64,000 bases of DNA from a virus (lineage: Duplodnaviria; Caudoviricetes), in IMG/VR virus record IMGVR_UViG_3300009873_001322, positions 3,716-67,715 of that record. One strand, given 5' to 3'. Position numbers and translations under genes: made by a program. This document shows positions 48,386 to 58,696 of this stretch, piece by piece. The notes beneath the pieces were generated by a model. It saw only the letters and a program-made list of their open reading frames with translations, had not been told where the DNA came from and did not search any database. Positions within the stretch are counted from its first letter, which is position 1. The number at the start of each line of letters is the position of its first letter.

Positions 48386-51300
48386 TTTATTTCCCCTTTT
48401 AAATCATTATTAATTCGCACTCCAGTAGCTTGCGCGGCTAAGTAACCTTTGACGTATTGCGCCTGTTTCCAGAATTGAACGGCGCTCCATGGGCAGTTAG
48501 ACTCTCTTCCCATGACATAATCGCAGTAACCCCAGCGATATGGGTTGCCTACAGGATTAGAAGCGCTGTTAAAGCGTGCGTGTGGTATTACGGTCATATA
48601 CTATCCTTTCATATCGTCTTTAATGTTATCAGCCTTCGCTCTCCACCAGTCATCGAATGACAAAGCATATTTGATAGGGAATCCCCAACGTGGGAATTCT
48701 GCACAATATTGCTCGTATTCAGGGCGGAGTAGCGCCTCTTCTTCGTGGTTTAGATTTATCATTTGTTTTCACTCCCTACGCTTTTAAACATGCTATATCT
48801 TTCTCCGCCTGCTTTATATTCCAGCAAGATCGCTGATTCCTCCGCTACGGGTAATTCCATAGGGATTTTTCGCACTGTATCAGCATCCCAGTCATAATTA
48901 GCGCCGTTACAGATTTTTATTGCTTCCTCCAGCGTAAAGCGGCCCGCATATTGTACGCGCTGCGTATAACCGCTATGATTAGGACTCCACCATGAGTTAT
49001 GCTCATTACTCCAGATTAGGTATTTCATAATTGCAATCCCGCCTTTCTCCGGCAATCCAAGCAATCAGCGACATGCATATCGCTTAGAAATGATTTATCC
49101 GCCGGTACGTCCATTTTTTCGCATAGCGTCCATACGATATATGTATTTACGTCACCAGGGATAACTTGGGATGCATTACACAAATGCGTTACGCCCGTTT
49201 TATCCTCATAGAAGTGTTGCGGATGGGGATGATATGACGGCTTCATATCGAATCCCTTTCTACTTGGTCAAAAGCGTCCAGTGCCTCTGGCTTTTCGCTT
49301 TCGTCATACAGAAACGCCCATTTTGTGCCGTATTTACTGTTAAACATTTTCTCCCGCGCTTCTTCGCGCTCAGTGGCTTCAATGGTAACATATCCTCCGC
49401 CGTCACGAAGGCATAGGCTTGCGTAGAATTTTGTCATTTTGATTCCTTTGCTAAAAATTGTTCAATAGCTTCCTGTGTTTTATATCCGACACTATGGGCA
49501 TTAAGTACCGTTACGGCATCGTTAAGCAATCCTACGGCATCCCGGCACCATGTTACGACTTGTCCCCATTGTTTCATGCCTTCCAGCCCATGCCCTGCCC
49601 CGTGGGTGCCGACATACTGCAAGGCATTGGCAATCGCTTTTACTTCATTAAGCGGATCATCGGGATGCAATTCTACCGGCTCTTTCTCTTGCTGCATTTT
49701 GTGGCGTTCTTGCTCAAGATAACAAAGCGTGCATGGATATTCCTCATGCACATGCGGATGCACCTCGCAATGGCCGGAGCGTAAAACTCTCCCGTAAATA
49801 TCAAATGGCATTTGCATTCCCTCCCGTTAGTGCATTGATCGCCCTATCCTCAATGAGAATGCGCCTATCATGTTCAATCCTGACTTCGCTGTTAGGCGAG
49901 CCGACATTTTTTGCGCGGAAGGCTGGATATTCGTTGAGATAAAGGTGCAAGCATTCCTTGTATTCGGCCAACCTATCTTCATACACCTTAATAAGTTTAT
50001 CCAAGTATATTCCATGCCGTCACCAAGCAGGCGTGCTTCAATCTCTTTCCTGATGTTCATGCTACTTCCCTTTCAATCGGTGGAGAGATAAAATTCATCA
50101 ACTGGCGCATACCTTCGCGGAGCTGGCATAGCTGGCTACCGGCATCCTTGCTTACTTCATACAGCACGCTTCCATCCTGGCGCGTGTAATGCAGCGTAGT
50201 TGTCGCAACACCGCCTTTGCGGCATACGGCGATATTGGCATCCATCAGGTATTTTTCGGCCTCGCCTAAGCGGCGTAAAATAGATGCCAATTCGGCTGTT
50301 TGTTTTTTGGTTAGCTTAGGCATATTACTTTCCCTCCCTTTTAAGTTTGCGCTCCGCCGCAAGTTCTTTCTTGTAGCGCTTCACATACACGGCATTGAAT
50401 GCCCGTAACTCCGCGAAGGCTTTATCCATTGCCGCCTTCGCGATACGGTAATCAGGCCGCGCCCTAACGTCATCCGGCGTTAATCCCATTTGACCGCTAC
50501 CCACGCCTGGTATGGCTTTAAGGTTACGGATTGCCGCATCATAATCAGAATTGAGCAATGAGGCAGTGGCTTTTGCTATTGCGAATGACATATTAAGCGG
50601 CCTCCTTCGCCAGATAGTTTTTTAACTGCTTGGCAAAATCGCTATGCCGAGGCTGTAACAGGCGCGTCACATAGCCTAAGTCTATCTTCACCAAGCCAGC
50701 GGTAGCCATATCCTGCAAATACGCTTGTACAGGCGCGGGAAAGGCATCCAGCGGGCAAGTAGCCTTGAGCGCATCCCATATGCCAAAATAGGCGTTAGGG
50801 TATGCCGTCATTACAGTTTCATTGGCCGGGAATGAACACCAGATCATGCAATCCTTGTCATCCATCACCATGCTTTCCACCAAGTCACACGACTCGCTAA
50901 TGCGCTTGGCTATGTTCATAGCGCGGCCTTTCGTGTCAAAGCGGCCCATGCAGATACCGCGATTAAAATCCTTGTGAGCAATGTCAGTTGCGTAAACGTA
51001 ATACATATTACAGTTCTCCTCCAATTTGACGCGCTACGATACGCGCAATGTTGCTAACAGGCCGGTAAACGTCCGGCGCAATACGTCCGTCATTGAGCGC
51101 CTTGCAGCGCTCTTGTGCCTTAGCCAAGTTAGGGAATAAATCCACAAAACCGCCCGTTTTAGTATCGCGGATGTAGTGCCAGTTATCGCCTTGGGTTTTT
51201 TCCGATTCAATAAAATATCTCATGATGATTACTCCCTGTCCTTTAAAGCTTGTTTTGCTACGTTATAAGCATCGATAGGATGATAATCATCCACCATGCA

Positions 51301-51622
51301 ATACTCAGCGGAATGATAGTCATTCCATGCGGCAATCGTGCCTTCGCCTTTGTGGCAGAATTGCGTTTTACCTTTATAGGTGCCGTTAAAAACTTCCGTA
51401 AGCATATTACAATCCTCCCTGTTGAGCGTTATAAGTGTTTAATGATGCCGCAATGATCGAGGCAAAGACTTTGCCTTGTTCCTCGTTTTCGGCATCCTGA
51501 ATGAGATTAGAGCCTTTTAGAAACTGTGAGCGAGCAACAGCCTGGTTAGTGGTTGTGTCGATGACGTATAAGCCTTGAGCAATGTAGCGCATTTTGTTTT
51601 CCTTTCGTTTGTGTGTTGTCAT
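48382..51622 (-). other. Cluster of ~12 short early-gene ORFs of unknown function (e.g. 48759-49046, 49025-49246, 49243-49437, 49434-49817, 49801-50004, 50057-50332, 50325-50591, 50593-51024, 51008-51223, 51407-51592)
   Basis: Tightly coupled minus-strand ORFs with GGAG RBSs; no recognisable family. Confidence 0.6.
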
Positions 51623-51649
51623 TAGTCATCCAGTAAGTAGAAATCTAGC

Positions 51650-52062
51650 ACGCCTCTTTTGCTCGTGCAATAGCAAATGTGATAATAATTGCGATAATAG
51701 CAAATGATATGTTTTCATTTTGAAATGTCTGAAGCCTTTTTGAAGGGTATTTGAAATGTCTTTTGAAGCCTTTGTCTATGTATTATAATGATAAATGGCA
51801 AAAAAAGAGACATTTCAAGGCTAGGGCGATAAAGAGGGATAGAAATAACCATTATTAACATAAATTAATATATATATTTTATATATACTCTCTTTTATAT
51901 ATATTATTAAAAATAACTATTAGAAAATCAATAACATAAACCACATTTGAAATGTGTTGAAGCGTGCTTTTTCTATTTTTAATGCAATGTGTTATGTTAA
52001 TTGATGCCTTGAAGTGTCGGTTTTGTTGTATAATCCTGCGCATTGGTATATGATTTTTCCCT
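51650..52062. other. AT-rich non-coding region with iteron-like repeats (origin or packaging-site candidate)
   Basis: TTGAAATGT x4 (one inverted), TGAAG(C) repeats, palindrome CACATTTGAAATGTG (51942-51956), (TA)n tract; lies between divergent early and late arms. Confidence 0.55.
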
Positions 52063-52530
52063 ATGACGCTCATTCTCGATAAAGAAACAGGCAAATGGCG
52101 TGAAGGCATCCCAAATGCCACACAAATGCCCCAGGAACAGGTTCCCCCCATTGACCTGGCCGCTATTGACCAAATGGACGCTACAGCGCTCCGCGCGCTT
52201 ATTAGGCGCGTTTCCGGCGCTATGTGGGGAATAGGGCTAAAAACCAAAGAAGAGATTGCGGACGCCTTCAAGCTAAAACTGGCAATCGGCGGCATGAGTG
52301 AAAAGGATATGTTTAAAGCGTTGCCGATCATGCGCGAATGGTTTGACCGCGAGCTAGGCAAGGCCGCGCAGTCAATCGCCATGACTGTCGAGGATAAAGG
52401 CATAACCAAACTAAGCGACGAGCGACTGCTAAGGCTGGAGCGTGAACTTGCACGCATGACCGGCCAAGATGCCATCGTCATTGCCCCAGCGCCTAGAAAG
52501 CTAGATGTTGATTCGAGCGCGCGCGAGTAA
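52063..52530 (+). CDS. terS: Probable terminase small subunit
   Basis: WFDRELGKAAQSI (DRxxGKxxQ) and LSDERL motifs; first late gene, upstream of TerL. Confidence 0.55.
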   Translation: MTLILDKETGKWREGIPNATQMPQEQVPPIDLAAIDQMDATALRALIRRVSGAMWGIGLKTKEEIADAFKLKLAIGGMSEKDMFKALPIMREWFDRELGKAAQSIAMTVEDKGITKLSDERLLRLERELARMTGQDAIVIAPAPRKLDVDSSARE

Positions 52531-52757
52531 CTATAATATCACACGCCACATATAGATTATCCTTATATATCATGGTGCTATTACTTACCATAATAACCAT
52601 TATAAGATAATTATCAAATAAGCCATTGATTTTATTATATAGAGTAATTTTCAAAAAATAGACCCCCTACCCTACCCCCGTACCCTCGCTATTGGCGAAG
52701 CCCCACCCCTCTCGTATATCCCCACACCCCCACCCCGGCGCCCTCTTGTCACTTAAC

Positions 52758-52786
52758 TTGACACTCGTTGTCACTTATGTTATAGA
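52758..52786 (+). promoter_or_regulatory. Sigma70 promoter with TTGTCACTTA boxes
   Basis: TTGACA-N17-TATAGA; boxes at 52746 and 52768. Confidence 0.55.
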
Positions 52787-52832
52787 GAGCGCACTATCAT
52801 TATTATTAACATTATCATTATGGAGAATTATT

Positions 52833-53192
52833 ATGCTGCTGAAGATTTACACGAGCCAAAATTCCATCAAAATTATAAGCGATATCGAAGACGCGGAAAT
52901 CCGTGGCGGAGAATGGCGCTTTGAAGACAGGAAGCAATTACAGGATTGCATCACCTATGGCCCCGGGGTTTTTACCGAAACCGGGATGACTCCTCAAGAG
53001 ACCATTTGTTATGATGCCACTTGCTTCGCCATGCCTGGCGGTGACTATGCGCAAGGACAGGATATTCTTGCGACCTCAGTTGCAAAGCTGGTGGATTATA
53101 AAAAAGGCGGTCAGTGGCATCGCGTGGCGATTTTACAGTATGCGTATTTGTGCAATGATGACGGCAAGACTATTGCTAAGATAGGGGCTTAA
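52833..53192 (+). CDS. Hypothetical protein
   Basis: GGAG RBS; 119 aa. Confidence 0.6.
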   Translation: MLLKIYTSQNSIKIISDIEDAEIRGGEWRFEDRKQLQDCITYGPGVFTETGMTPQETICYDATCFAMPGGDYAQGQDILATSVAKLVDYKKGGQWHRVAILQYAYLCNDDGKTIAKIGA

Positions 53193-53348
53193 GTATCAGC
53201 CCAGCCGCAGGTGGCGTGGTAACGGCGGCAGGAGAGGGTGGGGTGTGGTTCCCGTTTCTGGCCTCATGCCTCTCCAACTTCATCGGCAGCACTCGTCGAG
53301 CCTACTGTCAGGCTTTACATTGTCACTTATAAGTGATAGTGTGCTTGG

Positions 53349-53540
53349 ATGCCGCGTGCACGAGATATTACTGGAGAGAAGTTCGGACGCCTGACGGCGC
53401 TATCCCCCGTCTGCAAACAAAAACGTGAGATGGTTTGGCTGTGCCGGTGCGAGTGCGGCAAGGAGACGCGGGTGCGTGTGGGTAATCTGGTTAGCGGGAA
53501 TACGTCTTCATGCGGGTGTTTGAAGAGGGAGAAGCGATGA
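53349..53540 (+). pseudogene. Isolated N-terminal domain of an HNH/AP2 homing endonuclease (nuclease domain absent)
   Basis: DITGEKFGRLT..WLCRCECG...NLVSGNTSSCGCL, then stop. Confidence 0.7.
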
Positions 53541-53669
53541 TCCGCGAGCAGGCGACATTGCGGCTGCCGGGCAGCACGGAGATACCGCTCATCGCATTCG
53601 ACGACTGGCGGTTCTGGGTATTGCTTGCGGTTATCATCGGCGCGGCGTTCGCGTGGAAGAGGATGTGAA

Positions 53670-55109
53670 GTGAGTGAGTTCACCGAGCAGGACTACTATC
53701 GCGTGCGGCAGGAGGTGGAGCGCCGGAGACTGGCGTTCTACAGACCATACCCGAAACAGATGGAGTTTCACAAGGCATCGGCCAACTATCGAGAGATACT
53801 GTTGAGAGCGGGGAACCAGCTTGGCAAGACGCTCGCCGCTGCCGCCCAGACAGCGATCTTTGCGACAGGCCGATATCCGGAGTGGTGGCCGGGGAAGGTG
53901 TTCAAGAAAGCGCCGGTGGGTTGGTGCGCGGGCGTGACCGGAGAGGTGGTGCGCGATTCCATTCAGAGATTGCTCATCGGCGACACGGCAGGAAATCCAG
54001 GCTTCATCATGAAGGAAGATATTGTGGACGTGTTGCCCAGCCGTGGCGTCGCCGACTTGGCCGACACGATACTGGTCAAGCATCAGGGCGGCGGTACATC
54101 GCGTATTCGCTTGAAGTATTATGAGCAAGGGCGGGAGAAGTTCCAGGCGGATACGATTGATTTTGGCTGGCTCGATGAAGAGTGCGACAGCGATATTTAT
54201 ACCGAGGTGCTGACTCGTACCAATGCGACTAAAGGCATCGTGTACATGACGTTCACGCCGCTCAAGGGCATGAGTGAAGTGGTACGCCGGTTTTTGCTGG
54301 AATCATCTCCTGACCGTATCGACATAAATATGACGATCATGGATGCGCTGCACATCGCACCAGAAGAACGCAAGCGCATCATCGACAGCTACCCTGCGCA
54401 CGAGAAAGAAGCGCGCATCAACGGTACGCCCATTCTCGGTTCCGGTCGCATCTTTCCCGTCGCGGAATCCGAGATTACAGTCAAGCCGTTCAACGTGATG
54501 GACATGCCGTGGTACTGGATGGAGATCGCAGGTATCGACTTTGGGTGGGATCACCCGACGGCGGCAGCGAAGCTATTGTACGACCCGCAGGGAGATGTAA
54601 TTTACGTCACAAATGTTTATAAGCGCCGGGAAGCCACGCCGCTCATCCACGCCGCCGCTCTGAAGCCGTGGGGTAAGGAATTGCAGTGGGCATGGCCGCA
54701 CGATGGATTGCAGCACGATAAGGGTTCCGGCGTGCAGCTTAAAGAGCAATACCAGCAGCAGGGATTGAAGATGCTGGCAGAGAAGGCGACGTTTGACGAC
54801 GAGCGCAGCAACGGCGTCGAGGCCGGTATCGCCGAGATGTTGATGCGCATGGAGTCTGGGCGGTTCAAAGTATTTAGTCACTTGACCGAGTTCTTTGAAG
54901 AGTTTAGGTTGTACCATCGGAAGGAAGGGAAGGTGGTCAAAGAATTCGACGACATACTTTCCGCCGCCCGAGCCGGGGTAATGATGCTGCGTTACGCCCA
55001 ACCCATTCGCCCACCGGCGTCGATGGTGTCTGGAGGCGGGAATTTTAAAAGTAATTATAATGCCCTAAGTCCCGAATATATAAAGAAACAATTACGCGAA
55101 AGGACTTGA
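53670..55109 (+). CDS. terL: Terminase large subunit
   Basis: AGNQLGKT Walker A, WLDEE Walker B, MTFTPLKG, GIDFGWDHP nuclease motif, FDDILSA; GTG start inferred. Confidence 0.95.
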   Translation: MSEFTEQDYYRVRQEVERRRLAFYRPYPKQMEFHKASANYREILLRAGNQLGKTLAAAAQTAIFATGRYPEWWPGKVFKKAPVGWCAGVTGEVVRDSIQRLLIGDTAGNPGFIMKEDIVDVLPSRGVADLADTILVKHQGGGTSRIRLKYYEQGREKFQADTIDFGWLDEECDSDIYTEVLTRTNATKGIVYMTFTPLKGMSEVVRRFLLESSPDRIDINMTIMDALHIAPEERKRIIDSYPAHEKEARINGTPILGSGRIFPVAESEITVKPFNVMDMPWYWMEIAGIDFGWDHPTAAAKLLYDPQGDVIYVTNVYKRREATPLIHAAALKPWGKELQWAWPHDGLQHDKGSGVQLKEQYQQQGLKMLAEKATFDDERSNGVEAGIAEMLMRMESGRFKVFSHLTEFFEEFRLYHRKEGKVVKEFDDILSAARAGVMMLRYAQPIRPPASMVSGGGNFKSNYNALSPEYIKKQLRERT

Positions 55110-55140
55110 CTATACGTTGTATGCCTGATATACGCATAAT

Positions 55141-55947
55141 ATGTTTGATTATAACGAAGAAAAATTTGATGATGCTGCAAGGGCGAGATTTTCTTCTCGC
55201 TATACCGTGGATGATAATACGGGGTGCTGGATTTGGCGCGGCCCATTAGATAATGATGGATATGGGCAAATTACTATACGAGGAGTGGGGTATAGACCGC
55301 ATCGTGTTTCGTACATGATGTATAATGGTGATATCACAAGCGGATTATATGTTTTACACAAATGTGATAGGCCATCATGCGTCAATCCATCCCATTTGTT
55401 TTTAGGAACTCAGGCGGAAAATGTACTTGATTGTATGAAGAAAGGTAGAAGATCGGTGGGATTCTATCACTATCGCTCTAAACTTGATGGGAATAGTATT
55501 AATATCTTAGTGGATCTTTTAAAACGCGGCTATCATTATACATATATAGCAAAAAAATTGAATATGAGTTCCTCAAGTATAAAGCACATTGCTGCTGGCT
55601 ATTCGAGAAAGGATTTAGGAACCGTTGCTACGGATGCTGATAAAAAGCCAAGCCATCTAAAGGATGACCCTGAGCGTTTGCTTTATTGGACACGTTCCAA
55701 CAGCGGATGGAAACTGATTAAGAGACAGCCGGAAAATCATCGCCGCCGCATTGCTACCGCTGCGATTGCGGAGAAAAATAAAAATAAAAAATGTATTGTT
55801 TGTGGCAATCCTTATATTTCTCTAAGGCCGTCTAAATATTGTTCAATGGCTTGCAGCGCAAAGGGTTTTAGAAAAAATAACCCAAATTATCATAAAAAAT
55901 ATAAGAAAAAATACATAAAGAAATCCCTTACGGAGAGAAGAAAATGA
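55141..55947 (+). CDS. HNH homing endonuclease (HNH_3)
   Basis: GCWIWRG, PHRVSY, VLHKCDRPSCVNPSHLFLGTQAENV motifs. Confidence 0.9.
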   Translation: MFDYNEEKFDDAARARFSSRYTVDDNTGCWIWRGPLDNDGYGQITIRGVGYRPHRVSYMMYNGDITSGLYVLHKCDRPSCVNPSHLFLGTQAENVLDCMKKGRRSVGFYHYRSKLDGNSINILVDLLKRGYHYTYIAKKLNMSSSSIKHIAAGYSRKDLGTVATDADKKPSHLKDDPERLLYWTRSNSGWKLIKRQPENHRRRIATAAIAEKNKNKKCIVCGNPYISLRPSKYCSMACSAKGFRKNNPNYHKKYKKKYIKKSLTERRK

Positions 55948-56156
55948 ACGTCATAGACCTGATAAATCACTTGTCTTCCTATGCCGCGAAATCACCCGAC
56001 AATGGAAAAGCAGAGGTGAGAATCCAATTCTTCGATGATGTTTGCTACGGCATTCTCGGCGCTAACGATGCGCGCGGTATGCCGGGGCAGCACTTTTTGA
56101 TAATGGTTCCCGATATTAAAGAGCGAATCGGCGTTCGGGAGTTGAAGATACAATGA
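55944..56156 (+). CDS. Hypothetical protein
   Basis: ATGA-coupled ORF. Confidence 0.55.
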   Translation: MNVIDLINHLSSYAAKSPDNGKAEVRIQFFDDVCYGILGANDARGMPGQHFLIMVPDIKERIGVRELKIQ

Positions 56157-57085
56157 GTAGAGTTTTAGTTCTTGGAGCCACTGGGTTCATCGGGAGAAAT
56201 ATGACCAAGCATTTCGCCGCGCTTGGGCACGAAGTAATGGCAGCGTTGCATACTGGTAAGGACGATAATTTTCCGAATGTTCACAGGTGGTGGGGTGATC
56301 TTAGGGATCCGATTGCAGTAAATTCTGTAGTTGATGGATGGCGTCCAGATATCATTATTCACGCAGCCGCAACAACTTCCGGCTCTAGGGATATTTGCAA
56401 TAATCCCGCACTGCACGTTACCGATAATGCCGTGATGGGTTCTTACATTTTTCGTGCGGCTGTCGAGGCGAAGGTTAAGCATGTAGTGTTTTTCTCGTGC
56501 AGCACTATGTTCAGTAACGGAGAGATCACGGAGGAATCACCTATCGATATTCATCCAAAATATTTTGGCGTAGCGCATACGAAACTTTATCTTGAGAAGC
56601 TGTGCGAATTTTATTCCGGTGTCGGAACAACTAAATTTACGGCAATACGGCATAGTAATATTTACGGCTCCCATGATAAGTTCGACTTGGAGCGTTCGCA
56701 TTTCTTTGGGGCTACGGTGACGAAGGTGATGCGGGCCGATGACAAAATAACCATCTGGGGCACTGGCGAAGAAGCGCGCGACCTCCTTCATGTCGATGAT
56801 CTATGTCGGTTTGTGGAGTTGGTCATCGAGAAGCAGCCGGAGAAGTTTGGGCTTTATAACTGCGGATACGGCATTGCCTTTAAAGTAAAAGACGTTGTGC
56901 AGAAGATAATCGATGCGTCCGGGAAAAGTCTTGTCATCGAGCATGACTTATCTGCGCCTTCCATTTCGACATCCTTAAGCCTCAATTTTGATAAGGCGAG
57001 AAAGGAACTGGGATGGAACCCTATGGTAACACTGACGGATGGGATTAAGATGACGCTGGAGTGGTGGAAAAATAATGCAGGTTGA
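56153..57085 (+). CDS. NAD(P)-dependent nucleotide-sugar epimerase/reductase (GDP-fucose synthase-like SDR)
   Basis: GATGFIG, IHAAA, FFSCSTMF, YFGVAHTK, RHSNIYGSHD, WGTGEEARDLLHVDD motifs. Confidence 0.85.
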   Translation: MSRVLVLGATGFIGRNMTKHFAALGHEVMAALHTGKDDNFPNVHRWWGDLRDPIAVNSVVDGWRPDIIIHAAATTSGSRDICNNPALHVTDNAVMGSYIFRAAVEAKVKHVVFFSCSTMFSNGEITEESPIDIHPKYFGVAHTKLYLEKLCEFYSGVGTTKFTAIRHSNIYGSHDKFDLERSHFFGATVTKVMRADDKITIWGTGEEARDLLHVDDLCRFVELVIEKQPEKFGLYNCGYGIAFKVKDVVQKIIDASGKSLVIEHDLSAPSISTSLSLNFDKARKELGWNPMVTLTDGIKMTLEWWKNNAG

Positions 57086-57254
57086 TTTTAAATTCTCTCC
57101 GTTGCAGAAGGTAAAAATCCATGCCTATGATTTGCACTATGATGGGTTGGTTATTAAGTGTGAATATGATGGTCATACAAAAAACTACGACGTAGAATTC
57201 GCATCAGAAGGAAAAATCCAACGTCAAGTATTTTTTGAGGATCAATTAGCATGA
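57075..57254 (+). CDS. Hypothetical protein, 59 aa
   Basis: Hand-translated; overlaps both flanking genes. Confidence 0.5.
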   Translation: MQVDFKFSPLQKVKIHAYDLHYDGLVIKCEYDGHTKNYDVEFASEGKIQRQVFFEDQLA

Positions 57255-58231
57255 GTTTTTATCGCGGAAAAAAATGCTTAGTCACTGGCGGCACCGGCCT
57301 GATTGGCCGCCCATTGGTTGAAATGCTCTCCGATGCTGGGGCTATCGTCACGGTGGTTTCTCTGGATTCTATTCCAAAGGTTCAAAAAGGGTGCTCGACT
57401 TTTTTACAGCTCGATCTGAGAGATAGAGAAAATTGTCGCATTGCTTGCGAGGGACAGGATATAATTTTTCAACTTGCCGGAATAAAGGGATCTCCTGTTG
57501 CCACAAAAACAAAACCGGCATCGTTCTTCGTTCCGACACTTCAATTCGGCGTCAATATGATGGAGGCTGCTCGCCTCGCGGGTGTTGAATGGTATCTGAA
57601 CACAAGCTCAATCGGCGTGTATGGGCCAGCGGAAGTGTTTTACGAAGATGCGGTATGGGACGATAAGCCGTCCACTCATGATAAGTTCGCCGGTTGGGCG
57701 AAGCGCATCGGAGAGATGCAGGCGGAAGCCTATAAAATCGAATATGGGTGGGATAGATGTTCCATTGTGCGCCCAGCCAATGTTTACGGGCCTTATGATT
57801 CCTTCGCTAATGACAGCGCAATGGTCATACCGTCGCTTATAAAACGGGCGATCAATGGAGAAAATCCGTTAAAAGCATGGGGTGACGGCAGCCCGATTCG
57901 GGATTTCATCCACGCAAGGGACGTTGCGCGCGGAATGATGATGGTTGTCGAGAATAAAGTGCAGGAACCCGTCAATTTAGGCTCAGGAATAGGGGTTTCC
58001 ATCAAGGAATTAGCCGAAACTATAGCGGAATTGACCGGGATTACCGTTGAATGGGACATAAACAAGCCAAATGGCGATAAAAAACGCCTGATGGACATGA
58101 AAAGAGCCTCGGAAATAGGTTTTAAACCGGAGATTTCACTAAAAGACGGTCTAAGACAGACAATAGAGTGGTATAGGACTAATAAAAACCAAGACACCTT
58201 GCGGTATAACGTATTTTCTGATAGGATTTAA
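57251..58231 (+). CDS. NAD(P)-dependent nucleotide-sugar epimerase/reductase (GDP-fucose synthase-like SDR)
   Basis: GGTGLIG, FQLAG, SSIGVY, FAGWAKR, RPANVYGPYD, WGDGSPIRDFIHARD motifs. Confidence 0.85.
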   Translation: MSFYRGKKCLVTGGTGLIGRPLVEMLSDAGAIVTVVSLDSIPKVQKGCSTFLQLDLRDRENCRIACEGQDIIFQLAGIKGSPVATKTKPASFFVPTLQFGVNMMEAARLAGVEWYLNTSSIGVYGPAEVFYEDAVWDDKPSTHDKFAGWAKRIGEMQAEAYKIEYGWDRCSIVRPANVYGPYDSFANDSAMVIPSLIKRAINGENPLKAWGDGSPIRDFIHARDVARGMMMVVENKVQEPVNLGSGIGVSIKELAETIAELTGITVEWDINKPNGDKKRLMDMKRASEIGFKPEISLKDGLRQTIEWYRTNKNQDTLRYNVFSDRI

Positions 58232-58233
58232 CC

Positions 58234-58491
58234 ATGCGATATTTTTTAGTTTTCATTCTCTTATCTTTCCCTGCGTCCTCTCCCGCATTTGCGCAGTATG
58301 TTCCGTATCCTACTGCATCAAATGACTCTAAGCCTGCCGGGTATTCTGATAATAACCCATATATGCCGAAGAACACACGTCCCGCTTACGGAGATAATGG
58401 CTATCGGGTAGGGTCGTATGGGTATAATGGGCAGCGCTATGTGCCTGCTGGCCGTGATCCAAATCCTCGTCCTAATTTATACGGGAGATAG
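58234..58491 (+). CDS. Secreted low-complexity Y/G/P-rich protein
   Basis: Signal peptide MRYFLVFILLSFPASSPAFA. Confidence 0.55.
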   Translation: MRYFLVFILLSFPASSPAFAQYVPYPTASNDSKPAGYSDNNPYMPKNTRPAYGDNGYRVGSYGYNGQRYVPAGRDPNPRPNLYGR

Positions 58492-58493
58492 AG

Positions 58494-58676
58494 GTGCCAT
58501 CAAAATCCGAATCCCAGAAGCGAACCATGCAAGCGGCAGCCCATGATCCAAAATTCGCAAAAAAAATTGGAATTCCTCAAGATGTAGCTCGTGAATTTGA
58601 AGCGGCTGATAAAGCGAAGGATGAGAAAAAGAGAACGCGCTCGGATCGCATCAAAGCCATGTACAAGAAGAAATAA
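58494..58676 (+). CDS. Small basic conserved phage protein
   Basis: MPSKSESQKRTMQAAAHDPKFAKKIGIPQDVA; GGAG/GAGG RBS. Confidence 0.65.
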   Translation: MPSKSESQKRTMQAAAHDPKFAKKIGIPQDVAREFEAADKAKDEKKRTRSDRIKAMYKKK

Positions 58677-58696
58677 TATCAAAACGCCACCGAGTA

